A stretch of 63,810 bases of DNA, counting the filler, from Dicyema japonicum (Eukaryota; Animalia; Dicyemida), in NCBI GenBank assembly GCA_011109175.1. It is 9 parts of 9 records of this genome, joined end to end, with 100 filler letters (N's around TTAATTAATTAA, not from the genome) between each part and the next. Parts side by side here need not be neighbours in the genome. Positions count along the whole stretch, not along the records: positions 26,312 to 42,985 come from RDEW01000022.1; positions 43,086 to 49,058 come from RDEW01000162.1; positions 49,159 to 60,584 come from RDEW01000005.1; 6 more parts are not named here. The stretch is one strand, 5' to 3'. Position numbers and translations under genes: made by a program. The notes under the pieces are model-generated. The model was not told the DNA's origin, ran no database searches, and saw only the letters and a program-made list of their open reading frames with translations. Below, piece by piece: positions 39,604-52,198 of the stretch; the stretch's first letter is position 1; every line of letters begins with the position of its first letter.

Positions 39604-41176
39604 CACCGGGTCTCACGAGCATCGTGGCTCGTGGCTTTTTAATATAGCTAGGCGTCCAAATTTATATCATATAATTAATTCTATTTTTTTAAATCGGTTC
39701 AGACACCTGGAGCAGCTGCTTCGACTGCGGAAAACCTAAAAATCAAGAAATATTTTTGCATCGGGGATCGCTACCGATTTACTCCTGTTGCGACCGAATC
39801 ATCGGAAGCCGTTGGTCCAATGACGGCTGAATTCTTGCAAAAACTCGGAGGATTGCTTGCCAGAAAGAAAAGGGATCAACGAGAAGTGTTATGGCTAAGA
39901 CAAAAGATAGGAATAGCCATACTCCGAGGGAACTCGTTCGCAATCCACGCAGCAGGCTTCCTCAACTGACATTTGTTTAATTGTTAAAAAAAAATTTTTG
40001 TTTAAAAAAAATTCAATTTTATATGACTATATATGCCATAATGAGATGTCCGGTATTTAAACTAATATTTAAATGCAATCAAACAGAACCACGGTCGCTA
40101 CATTAAATGGCATATTTCAATGACATTAGAACATTAAAATTTAAGTTCAATTATAATAAACAAATTGAATATAAAAATTCAAAGGACATTTAGTTTTCAA
40201 GCTTATTTTAATTTAACGACGGTAATTGATCCTCAACGAAATTGCTGATCCATAAATTAAAAACTACTAATTTATGTAAACAACCATTGACATTTAAATG
40301 TTAAGTCTTTCAGGTATTCTATTTAAATATATTGAAGTAATTAATGTTTAAATATTGAGTTTGTTGTAGTAAGTATCTGTGCTTACTTTACGTGACTCAA
40401 ACAATAGATAGTTGATATTAAAAATCTACGTAATTTAACAAAATTTTTGACTTTTGTTTGTAAAATAGTAACTGGAATTTCATGTAGCATTAAATTTATA
40501 CATTAAAGCAGTTAACATATCAACCTTGCGATGGGAATTATGAAAGTAATTCCTGAACAAAGGTTTGTCAATTGATGATTGATACATGATAAATCAACAG
40601 ACATTATAGTTGACTTATGCTATAAAATTGAATATGTAATTTATTACAATTTTAATAATAAGCAGGAAATTATGATGTAATTCCTATGTAATTGCTCGTA
40701 CATTAAAAGGTTTGTATATAAAACTATTCGACATTGAATATTTATAAAAAATGTTATCAAGTTTCTTATTTTGAAGTTGTATTATAAAATTCAAGCATAT
40801 ATCATCCAAACATTTACTCAAGCATAATTTGCTATTTATAAGTTCTAATAATAATTGATTTTATTCATCATGTTATATTTACATATTATTTATCAACAAA
40901 TCCGTAAACGGTACCTGGGTCCTCTTACCATGGTCACTACCAAATCAATTGCACAGTAATGGACATGTGAGTTTGCAGACTACAGTTACGTCACAGTATA
41001 TTTATATTCTTTAAAATATTGATTACTGCACGTTTTACGTCTTTGTTATTTTAATATTAGTAATATTGATTAGTGTAATTTTTCATCACGATTTTATATG
41101 GAAAATCGCTTCGCTTCTTAAAGAAACTAGGACGCCTAGCTACACTAAAAAGCCACTACGCACGTGAGACCCAGTG
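39604..41176. mobile_element. Degenerate DNA-transposon-like element bounded by about 50-bp imperfect TIRs starting CAC
   Basis: 39604-39657 (CACCGGGTCTCACG...TAGCTAGGCGTCC) is inverted at 41130-41176. No TSD seen; superfamily not assigned. Confidence 0.65.
39688..39994 (+). mobile_element. About 300-bp 3' terminal copy of the 11.7-kb CRE family
   Basis: Near-identical to 28334-28624, starts at the same element position and ends in poly(A). Confidence 0.9.
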
Positions 41177-42499
41177 GCTTCTCCAGTTGATTTCTGTTGC
41201 AATCGTGAGAGGCAAAGCAACGTCGATATAAATTGTTACTTTATATAGTTTTAAATTAGTGTAATTGGATTGTGAATCCATTTAATTGATATTAGGTGGA
41301 CATTGTCTTAACTAAGTTTTATAGATTTTAAACTGTTGGATGAGGACATAAATATCTCAGCTAAACGCACTCTGGAAAGTGTGTCGTTTAACAAATTAAG
41401 TTTATGAATTTTTGTCAGCTAATTAAAACAGAGATGCGTAATAATAATGAATGAAATTTTTATTAAGGGTGAAACAAGAATGCTTAAGATTTAAAAGGCT
41501 ATCCAGAGTGTTCCAAACAATGCACAGGAATTAGTCATGAGGACGCACAGCTAACACTTGTAAATGTGGAGGATAGACATGACTAACAAAGTTTATCTAA
41601 TTTATGTTTGATCGCATCAACGTTGTTAGAGTCAGTCGTTATGTCTCTTAATGTTTTGGGAGTACAAAGGCATAGACGTGTTTAAATTTCTCTATCAAAA
41701 TCTGCTAACGGTTTCAAAGGTTAGCCGTGCAGATTGTTTAAGATCTGACGAGTCAGATTACTTGCGGTGTTGATCAAAGAAAGGGACGCAGACCATTTCG
41801 AGAAACGAGATGATTTTTTTTCTAAATGAAATGGCAATTTTGTCAAAATAAATGTTCAATAATTTGTGAATAGACGACCTCAATGTCGCGTTGATTGCTT
41901 TCAAGAGGTCTCTATTTGAAAACACGAAACATTCTGTAGAGAGAGAAGGAAAGGAAGCGTTAGATGGAAATTCAGTAGGAGTACTCGTGTAGTAATTAGT
42001 TTTGGGTTTGGTTCCCACCCGTTGCCTACTTGATCAAAGGATTTTCTACTGCTCTGTACTTTCTTCTGTCCTAAGTTGAGTGGGGGCGAGCAATTGATCC
42101 CTTTCGTGCCACCCTGGTATCACATGATGCCACTCAAGTAGAAAAGGGAAGAAAAGAAAACTTCAATCAAGTAGCCATATGGCATCATGATAACGACTGA
42201 ATCACGCGAGGGTCGACCATAAATGTCTCTGAGCTTGATTTTATACTAAAAATATATTTTTACCTATTTTCGTGAACAAATCCAAGATTTTGTGACCGTG
42301 GATACGAGGGAACAAAAAAATAAACCGAATATTCTCGTTTTAGATAAAATGACATCATCACGCTGATTGAAGTCGAAATCTTTTCCCAACAATCATTGAA
42401 ATACGTGGATGTTGACAAATTGCAAAAGTACGATTTTTGCCAGTAAGTGGCATTAATTCTCAATCCCAAATTAAACATATTACTAACGTGGGATGCTAT

Positions 42500-42860
42500 T
42501 GTGACAAATTCTACGAGAATTACATTATCTCGGTAATGTGGAGCCTTATACGAGCATATTTTAAGTTCAAGTCTTCAAGGAAACTTCCAATAACATTCAG
42601 CAATAATCTTCTGTCGAGCGTCAAAGGCACTAGACATATCAACTTCCAGACTTTGAATTTTCGTTGGCATAAGGCACAAATCCACTTGTAGTATGAGACA
42701 GCATCAGCAGTAGAGCGTCCCCTACTGAACCCGCTCTGTCCTGGAGACAACAATTTCTCTACTTTTTTTCTGAGAGTCCCTAAGATATTCAGTTGAGGAC
42801 AATAAGAGATAGTATCTTCCTTATTGTTCTCAGTAATATCACCGGCCTCAGATTTTGTGA
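42500..42860 (-). mobile_element. RTE RT remnant
   Basis: KLLSPGQSGFSRGRSTADAV. Confidence 0.75.
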
Positions 42861-43249
42861 TGGTCTTTTGCTCTTTCTTGGTTTTTGCAAAGGGAAAATC
42901 CAATCTCTAAACTTCAAAGAGAATTTGCTTCAAATAAGGAGTTGAATATATTTGTTATAAGAACTATTAGCTCCATGAGAGCATANNNNNNNNNNNNNNN
43001 NNNNNNNNNNNNNNNNNNNNNNNNNNNNNTTAATTAATTAANNNNNNNNNNNNNNNNNNNNNNNNNNNNNNNNNNNNNNNNNNNNATTCCCACTTGACCA
43101 TAGATACAATTATTTAAAAAATTAATTATGTTTGTAGAGGATATAGTACAGGATATTTTACATTTCACTAAATTACGTCAATATTTTTAAGAAAATAATC
43201 AAACTATAAAATGCTCTTTCGTATATGAGGGAATCTTTCAAAGATAGGT

Positions 43250-43800
43250 TCAAAATGAATGTTTAAATATTTATAGGTTTCAGGATTTTAGAAAAGAAAA
43301 GGCAACTCTATCGTTCGTTGTAAATTCTCTATGTGCTAACGTGAGCACTTTAAATTTATTGCCATTTGAAATTAACGCAGCTAAGTTCGAAATGCAACTA
43401 TTGGACTTCCCATGTAAGGAAATATGGGCATCAAAGTTTATTCGTCTTTCAGAAGAGCTTTGAAACCATGGAAAAGAAAAATTATTCGGTAAAATTAAGA
43501 GTGGTGTTGATGTTATACTAAAAAAATCTGAGGATGTGATTTTCAAAACTTGGAGTTCTCTTCCGGATTCTTTTTATGAATTAAAAAAATTTGCATATGG
43601 AATTTTGACAATATTTGGGTCCACTTATATATGTATGAACAAAGTTTTTCGCACATGAATTATCTCAAATCGAAATTAAGAAACAAAATTACAGACTCGA
43701 ATCTAGAATCAAACCTCAGATTAAAATTGAGTAGTTACGACTCAAACATTAGACAACTGGTAAAAGGTGGCTCTTTAAATTGTCGAAATCTCCAAGAATG
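43250..43800 (+). mobile_element. hAT (Buster/GTF2IRD2-like) C-terminal dimerisation remnant
   Basis: WSSLPDSFYELKKFAYGILTIFGSTYIC.EQSFSHMNYLKSKLRNKITDSNLESNLRL, with one frameshift. Confidence 0.8.
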
Positions 43801-44664
43801 TCAAAAATTGGCTCTTCTCTAAAAGTATTTGCCGACGGCTGGTCTAATGGATACGAATGTGGACGTTAAAGAGTCTTGCCGGTGGTTTATTCATGGGGAT
43901 AATTCTTCTCGAAGTGGGGGATTTTATGTTTTACAGTGTTTCCGTTGACCATTAAAAAACTTCATTACTGAAAATATGGAAATAATCCTTCTGATCGAGG
44001 GGGAGTTATTCAAATATTTTAGCTACGAAGAGGACTTTTGGGTTCATTGAACTTCCGACATAGCCTCTTTTAGTTCCTAGATAAGTGCATTAGGAAGTAG
44101 CCGACTTCATGAAATCAAGTCCAACGGCCTTCATGAAATTGTACAGAGTTATGCTAATCGTGTGGAGAGTCGCTGAAAACCGGTTGGTGATAAAACGCCC
44201 TCCGTCATATTCAAAAGATATTTGTTTAAATTGGGCAGCGAGGACTCTACTCTAGGAAGTGGATGAAGAGCAATGGGATATGCTGTCACCCTGCAATATG
44301 CCCCTCTCTGGCTTAACTTCGCTTATTTTGCATTTGTTGCAGTGTAGATTCCACCTCCAAAAACTTTGAGCGATCCAAAGTACTATTTTCAAAATAAAAT
44401 CTTAATCGACAACTCTGAGCATAAAATTCGATATAACATTTTAAAAAAAGAGAAACTACAAACCTAACCGTCTCAAACTGGTGGAAATTTGGGTGATGTA
44501 AAGTTAATACAAGAACATTTCCAGCTAAACTTTAAATCCTTGATTCTAATCTTTCTCTTGAAATATTGCTATAATCAACGGATTCCAAAATCTAAAAAAT
44601 GATATTTACTTAAATGTGATTTTTTAGATACAAAAAGACCACATGAAAGTCATTTAGTTAAAAT

Positions 44665-44730
44665 TAGCCAGATAGGGGAATCTGACCGGGGATTACAAGT
44701 CATGTGCTCTGCCGATTGAGGTGAACAGGC
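44665..44730 (-). pseudogene. tRNA-Thr(TGT)-like pseudogene or SINE head
   Basis: GCCTGTTCACCTCAATCGGCAGAGCACATGACTTGTAATC...GATTCCCCTATCTGGC. D arm and TGT loop present; the 3' anticodon stem and variable loop are deleted. Confidence 0.55.
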
Positions 44731-44849
44731 TTTTTAAAGATCTCTCTACAATGCACAACGTTTTTATTACTATTAACAATCTCTAATTTGAAAACAAATT
44801 TTTCATATTTATTTTATTAAATTTTTAACTTGTTAATAAGTACTTGATT

Positions 44850-45704
44850 TCACAGAAATGTTCTACATAAATAGTAAAATTGTACTTTCTTCGTGTTTTG
44901 TGGTCAAAAAGCACGATTTGTAAATATTTAGTAGATGGAATGGAAATCCTCTTTGTAATTTCGCTGTTATTAGATCCCTACGAATAATATTAAACCGTCA
45001 AAGCCTTTGGATCTGTACATATTAACTTTCTGTCCTTTTTATTCTTAAAAAACAGACCACTGGGGTTATCTGTTATCACATTATAATTGGGGAAGAATTC
45101 GAATAAGAAGCCTGTGTCTCCCAATTATAGAAACTGACATTAGACCCCTAAAAACCTAAGATCAGTCGGCTTGGGAAGCAATTTCTTTTTTCCAGAAAAA
45201 ATAGGCTCAAAATCTTCATTGGCCAGTCTGTCTTGATAGTCGATGTATCCGCTGATTTCTTGTTTTTTGTTTTTATCCCGAATATATATGATGGTCTGCA
45301 TGTCTCAGGGTTACGTAATACGCTGAGTTTCCCACTTCGGTTGGCCTCTTCCCTTGCTGCCAGTTCCTTGAGAAACACGTCGCTTATTTCTTTATTTAAA
45401 CTCGCAATTTTTTCTAAGGAAATGAAAGAAATTGTGCAACTTTGAGTTGAATTTGCTTGTTAGTTTTGCTGCTTCGTTTTCGGCTTTTCGCTGGTCAAAT
45501 TCTTCTCTTTTGAGTACTTCCCCACTTCCTCGGTACCCCAATTCTACGAGCTGTCTGGCCAACTCGTCGTCCTAGGATTAGAGGAGATAGTACTTCTAAG
45601 TAATATAGGTCGAGAGGGGTTATTTGGGAGTCGAGGAAGTCCTCGAATGTCTGAAATTGGGCGATTATTGTGTCGTCAATTCGGTTTTGATCTTCCGAGG
45701 CCAT
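44850..45704 (-). CDS. CFAP299: Cilia- and flagella-associated protein 299 (C4orf22, DUF4464), complete
   Basis: [18 protein letters not shown]|[50 protein letters not shown] and FDHKTRRKT. Six introns of 22, 27, 26, 22, 27 (GC-AG; an 18-nt GT-AG alternative exists) and 23 nt give an uninterrupted frame. Confidence 0.93.
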
Positions 45705-46199
45705 TTATATGGAAACTATATTTATTTTAGACAATAATGACAAAATAATCAAATAAAAATAAATTATTTTGATAATTTAGTAACTAGATTTTGTTGTTCT
45801 CGCTAACTAGTTCAAAAAATATAGTTCAATTTAAACAATTTTTACGTGTTTCAGTTGTCAATCCCTTCCGTGGATCTGTTGTGTTTGGATTCGACACGAT
45901 CATGATGCGACAAAAAATGTACAAAAAATTCATCATCGAGGTCACTTTTACTGACACAAACTGCATATTGAGCAATAAGTCGTAGTAGTTCACAAATATT
46001 CAATTGTTTCAGACATTCTACTAATTTAAATCATAGGCTTATCCTATGTGATCACAATTTTGCTGGTATAGTGATTCCAGTAGTTTAGATAAAAGATCAT
46101 TTTTCCTGATTTTCTTAGTATAGGCTTGTCGTAGGTTTTGTGTAAAGTTATTCCTATTTCAATCAAAATTTTATTTTTCTTTTTATCAAATCTAACTTT

Positions 46200-46760
46200 T
46201 GTTTGAATCTGTGCGTATCCATACCTATATTGAATACGCCGAAATAGTTTGCTTCTCACATAATCTCCATGGATCATTTTTCACATTTTATAATACTTTG
46301 GCCCACTTTTTATTTCTTAGAGTGAGATACATTTACTCTGTTCTCCAAAAAATGTTGAATAGTTATCTGACTAGAGCTCCAAATGACACCTCTCTAAATC
46401 TGTTTGAAGTTTAAAAAGATCACGACCTGACTATGCTATTCCAAGATATCCAGCGCTTGGAACAAGTGACACACATACACCTTAAGTGCACAGCTGAGAT
46501 GGATATGCCACACGGTGTCGAAGTGGCAATGTCTAGACTTAACACGATCCTGCATTCCCTATGTTCTAGTGTCCTCTTTGTCGATGAGGTCAGCATCCAA
46601 AGACAGTCTTCACAGGACGACTTTCTCTGAAACCCTATGGAGATAGATTTTATCAATAATCTAACAACAGATTACAAATCCTTCCGATCATAAATAAAAC
46701 AACCATTCTTAGCCAATCTTCATCCCCTGGAATGCCCACGTGGTTTGATGAATGCTGACG
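46200..46760 (-). pseudogene. Protein kinase relic, CDC7-like
   Basis: Collinear KIG*..., EKVVL*RL, GMQDRV, HCHF...LKVYVCHLFQALDILE*H and a later IHGD...YGYAQ segment; in-frame stops and deletions. Confidence 0.45.
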
Positions 46761-48769
46761 TTTTCAAAATAATCTATGCCTTTTATTATATCGGACTTGC
46801 CATTTATGAGTCTAATTCTATAACCTAGTTTACGTTGAGTCTTTTTCACGACCTTTGTACGAAACACTACCCTTGGTGAGCTGGCTATCCTCGAATTTCA
46901 GATTTCTGAGTCCGGTTTGATCGCTGCGCTTCAGGCGAAAGTGAATCGCTTTGAATTCTTTGTGAATTCTTTGCTACGGGCCTTACCAAATTGGAGTTTC
47001 TGTGGTTTTTTTGTATCTAAAAAATGTTCTTTTCATCGCAAGACTCGGAGACTATTGTCATCCACTGGAGAGAATTTGATGCGACTAGATTTTTTCAACG
47101 ATTGACCATGTGGACGGAAACACCCTGAAATCGGATCTTCACGAAGACCTGTGCGCTATTGAAAAGGTTCCACAGGGAGTCCTTCGATTAATCGCGAATA
47201 TTGTTGGGCAGCTTTGCCCTCAATGGTTTGCTAGTTGCTAATTCTTTTGCTTGTTAATAAACATTGATTTTTCTTATCTGATCGTGAATGTTAAGACGAA
47301 TTATTCTCAATACGATATGTCCGATGTAACTGTCTTAGTAACAACCAAGGTCGATTGGAATCCTTGACTACAAGAAGGTTGCTGTGCACAATTATGAAGT
47401 CTCTGTACTATCCAATACGAGTACAGGACTAATAGAGGGTGTTACTGATGTGACGGAGAAAATATCGGACTGTGTTGAATGAGTTTTTGAATAGTCTGTT
47501 AAGATGAAACTTTTCATGAAGACTGATGTTTGACACCAAAGAATATTCCTGGCCTGAGCTGGACTCCTCGTGTAGAATATTCGATTGCAATCTCACTCCC
47601 TTTTCTACAATTTTTAGTATATTGATTTTATTTTTCATGCTGTCAATGACTACTAACCACTCCAAAGGTATGTCTTGTCATCTGATATCAACTTTTGACT
47701 TTACGACTACTGAACATACAACTACGGATCGACTTGACTAATAATTAAAAATCTTCATTCAATTCAATTCTTTTTCTCCCACAGTTTTAGATGGTCACAC
47801 AAACATTGGTCGAAATCATGATAACTGTACTAATCGAGGAATTAGTAAAAAATCCATGTCTATAGACTCTATTGGTAAGACAAAGATTCATTGAATGAAA
47901 TTTTATTCCGAATAAAAAATGCATTCCATTAACAGATATATGGGCAATATCAAGGTCATTCATTATGCTGAGATACTTAATCTGGGACGTTAATTGGATT
48001 TTCCCATCTATTGTATTGGATAGAGACTACATTTTTACTTAAAATGTCAAAAGAAAAAACGGTTGCCGAAGGTCAAGGATTCAAGGCAATATGCCGCTCT
48101 TTGTGAAGTATAAATTCGTATTAGCGATGGCTGTATATCTCAGAGATGGTTAAGCCTCCCTGGGACTTTGAGGTAAAAGTCAAAATGTAATTTAGTTAAA
48201 TAACACTCGGAATAACATTGACAACGCACAAGATAATGCCAGAATAAATTCGACAATTGACACTGACCAGGTTTTCCTTATTTTAATGTGTTAGTTTTCA
48301 ACCCAGCAAAATGACGAGTTTTTTGGATTTAATAATTACTTAGGTTCATTCGAATCTGTCTGGTCGATCCATTTCTTTTGTATGACTTAATTTTGTATTT
48401 CAGAGCTGAAGCGTTTTGTCGATTAACATCTCTCCAGATGACCTCCCCCTCTGTAAGTTATTAATTCGTCCATTTGGCAGACATGAAAATCCTCATTTCG
48501 CGGAATTTATTACTCGTTCACAAATGAATCACCGTCCTTAGTCACATTACTGCAATTAATATTCTCGTTATAAAATGTGCGTTCTTAGCATTCCCTCCAT
48601 GATTAGTTCCTCCGCAAAACCACTGAGTTGTCAGGTCATGTCTGCTTTATCTTTGTTCTATTTTCATCAAGGTTGTGGTTTCCTTAATATCTAATTTGGA
48701 ATTTTAATTTAATAGAAGCAATTTTATTTATTTATTGTTACCCAGGATCACCGGGTTATAAGGAAAAAA

Positions 48770-49035
48770 AGAAAGTCCTAGCTAACTAAGTGATCCCAGA
48801 CCATGACAAAGGAGGTTTTATCCGACTTGGACAAGAGTCCTGGATGGCTCTCCAGAAAGGGCATGCCGATAGCTCGAAGCGGGGACGATTTTTGAGGTAT
48901 TTAGACAAGGATTCGTGTAGGGGACTTATAGGAATGGAGACTGTCCTCACCATTTTTTGTTGCCTTTTGATAAGAACTTCTTCCAGGGTGTTGGATAAAA
49001 GGTTCCGGCTAATTAATCTTTTGGTGGCTTCATGA
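48770..49035 (-). mobile_element. LINE-like 3' end with a TTAG-type tail
   Basis: Ends GGGATCACTTAGTTAG, like 24325-24345. Confidence 0.4.
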
Positions 49036-49149
49036 ATTGTGGATAATTTTATTAGAGANNNNNNNNNNNNNNNNNNNNNNNNNNNNNNNNNNNNNNNNNN
49101 NNTTAATTAATTAANNNNNNNNNNNNNNNNNNNNNNNNNNNNNNNNNNN

Positions 49150-50420
49150 NNNNNNNNNAAATAATAGATTCGCCAATAATAAATTCGTAATATTTGGGTC
49201 AAAAGATTTTTATTCTTTTAAGGAATAATTTATAAAGGTTCTCTCTAAGAAGAAATAGATGGATCAAAGAAAACCGATTTGTAATCAGCACAACTGATAT
49301 CGAAAAAACTTAACAAAAACACCAAAAGATCTCCTGCCGAAGGGCTTGATGGAAATCTTCATTTAAAGCACCTGGGAATGCAGGGACCTTAAGGAAATAA
49401 ACAAGCATACTTTCTGCCCTCCATCAACAACTGCCGAATTCCTGCACTATGGAAAAAAATTTAAAATAATCCAATTCTGAAGCTCAAAAAAAGATCATTC
49501 GGATCCGGGATCTTTCAGACCAATTCACTACTATTTCGGAAATTGTTGAAACATGTTGTATTGAACTAATATCGGAGCCATCTTCCCTTCCTAGATTCTC
49601 AACATGGTTTTCTTTCACAATTTTTTCAATATCGACACGTCTCCCTTCCCTAAATCAATATATCGCTGATGGTTTCAACAATTAAAATCTTCCCAAACGG
49701 ACTATTCTAGCATCAAGGCGTTTGATCGAACATCCAAAGCGGGGTTCTAAGTAACAAAATTTTTTCATCTCGAATTCCTCCCACTTCTTCAGAAATTTTT
49801 GCTAACAAATTTTTTATTTAGAAGAATTGATCGGTGTTAAAAAATTATGTCCTGTCATCTCACTACCGATTCCTTCCAAATAGAGTTTCCCGATGATTCT
49901 ATTTTGTCTCCTACCTTATTCAATTTGCACCTAAGCGATATTTCAACCAATTCTAAGACACTTCTAGCATATGCGGATGACCTAATATTATTTTTAAATT
50001 CTAAGACGAACGTTGTGCTATTTCTTGATTTTTTGTCAACTCGTAAAAGTTTCAAAAGCGGACAGAGGACATCTTAAGTCGGTAGAGATGGATGGTGACT
50101 ACATCGTAGACGAACCACGGTTTACAAGGATGTCTCTCGGAAGAGATGATTTCCAATTGGCCTATTGGAAAAAGAGGCCAATGTAGTATTTTATTATCAC
50201 CGAGTCTTCGGATGGTTCTCAGAAACAAAAATCGTCATTGGTGCTGGAAGAGATGGATGATAAACTTCGGGACTTCTCACTGGTTTGTCATGATCAATTT
50301 TTTCTTTTGTTTACTGATTTGGACAGGGATGGTCTGGGCTGTAGGTTTGGGAGAGGAACTGCATAGCTTCATTTCCAAATGGTTTCCAATGGGAAGGAAT
50401 TTTTGATTTCCAGTGAAGAT
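49150..50420 (+). mobile_element. CR1/Jockey-like RT remnants
   Basis: SILSPTLFNLHLSDI...LLAYADDLILF at about 49900-49990. Confidence 0.6.
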
Positions 50421-52198
50421 GGAGAAATAGGGGGTTTTTGCAGTTTGTCGATAGAATTAAAAGAGAGAGAAATTTTTTTTTCAGTTTCTATAATAAATGC
50501 AAGTAAAAACCTCTAAAAATAGGTTCTGACAAGTTTACCTTCGCGTAGGGAGAAAGTTTAGATGATACCCTTCAACAAGGCCTTGTAAGTTTTTACTGTT
50601 ATAATTATGAAGGGGTAAATCAGATTCGAAAATAAGATTAAATAAATACACATGTTAGTTTGAAAATGTTTCTTAAAACGAAAAGATTCGATAAAAAACA
50701 GTTGTTTTTGTCTGAGTGCCGCATAAGTTTTACATTATATGTATTTGTTGATCAAAAACTCAAAAAATTAAAAAAAAAAAAAATTAATAAAGATTCTCCC
50801 GAGTGGTTACTTGGTCGAAGGATTCTCTTCCTTTACTCTGTCCCTTATCTGCTCTTATTCTACTAGAGTAGGCGTCATGTAATTAACTCGTCTCAGGGTG
50901 ACTACCAGATACTAAAAAATCCTTCACTCCATTAGAGAGATTCCTACAAATTGAAAAATTCGATGTTTTTTACTTTTCCGTTCGTTCTTGATGGACCTGT
51001 ATGATACTAGAAGGGTTTCTCTGTATCCGGATCCTTTGTGCGCCTGAGACGTCCTATGCTAAAACTTCAAGTTTTTAAATATCACCTGATGTCTCCTGAT
51101 CCCAACCCCTCCTCCATACCACGAGAATATGAAAGGGGAAGAGTTTTTATTTGTCATAAAGCATTTTGGAAATTTTCAAGATTTTTGTAGATAGAGTATA
51201 TACTCGAAATTTGTATTAAGGCCGTTCGCTACAGTTAATTAATACAAAACTTTTGGGAGATTCTAGCATAGCAACAGACTGTCAACCTTAAATCCACCAA
51301 GTGGACCATATGAGGTATAAATTTTGAAGAAATTTAACTTTTTTGTTCAAAAATGTTAAGAACCAGCTTATGTGCACAATTCTAATAATATGCTTCTTTA
51401 ACAGAGACTATATTCCAACATTCATGAGTAATGTTTATCCTAAAATCTCCAAAATCGAACTCGTTGAATTTCCACCAAAAAATTCTTAAATTCCTTAGAA
51501 TCTAAGATGTCGCATTGACTGTTACTAAAACCACAAAATTTACGTTAAATTTACTCAGAATCAGTACCTCTCCCGAACAAAGCAATTTTACAGCTTTCAT
51601 CTACATACAGTCTAATTTTCTCTTCCAAGTTATCCATCACTATGATACCCTCTCCATAAAGTTTCAAGATATCGAAAATAAAAAAAATAAAATTAGATAA
51701 ATCAGTCAACCAACTCAACATAGTTTAAATCCGAGTTTCAGAACCTCCACTCTAACAGTTAAACGGATCATTCTAACAGACATATCTACTACAGTTAACT
51801 CAATCTGTCCAATCCTCCCATCAGCCCTGCATTTTGTGCTACAATGAAAAACATGCAAAACCAAGTGTCTACAAACTTTAGAGGCCTTCTGCACAGATTG
51901 GGCTAAATAATGCATGAAATCAACAGAGAAGAAAAAATAGTTAAATAAGTGACAGCAGTTCGCTATTTCCGGAATAACATGGGCCCAGCGTCGAAGGCCG
52001 TGAACTTTTTACTGGGGTTCCTCTCCGACTAATCAGTCTCATTAACATATCACAGCCTCGATCGTTATCCTCTTATCCACAGCCTTTTTTGCTGCGTAAA
52101 TCTTGTCCGAAGAGTAAACTTTATAATATTTAGCGCAAAATAGTAATCAAAGACGCCAAATTTTCTTAATAAAAGTGTTAATCATAAATCGTTCGCAA

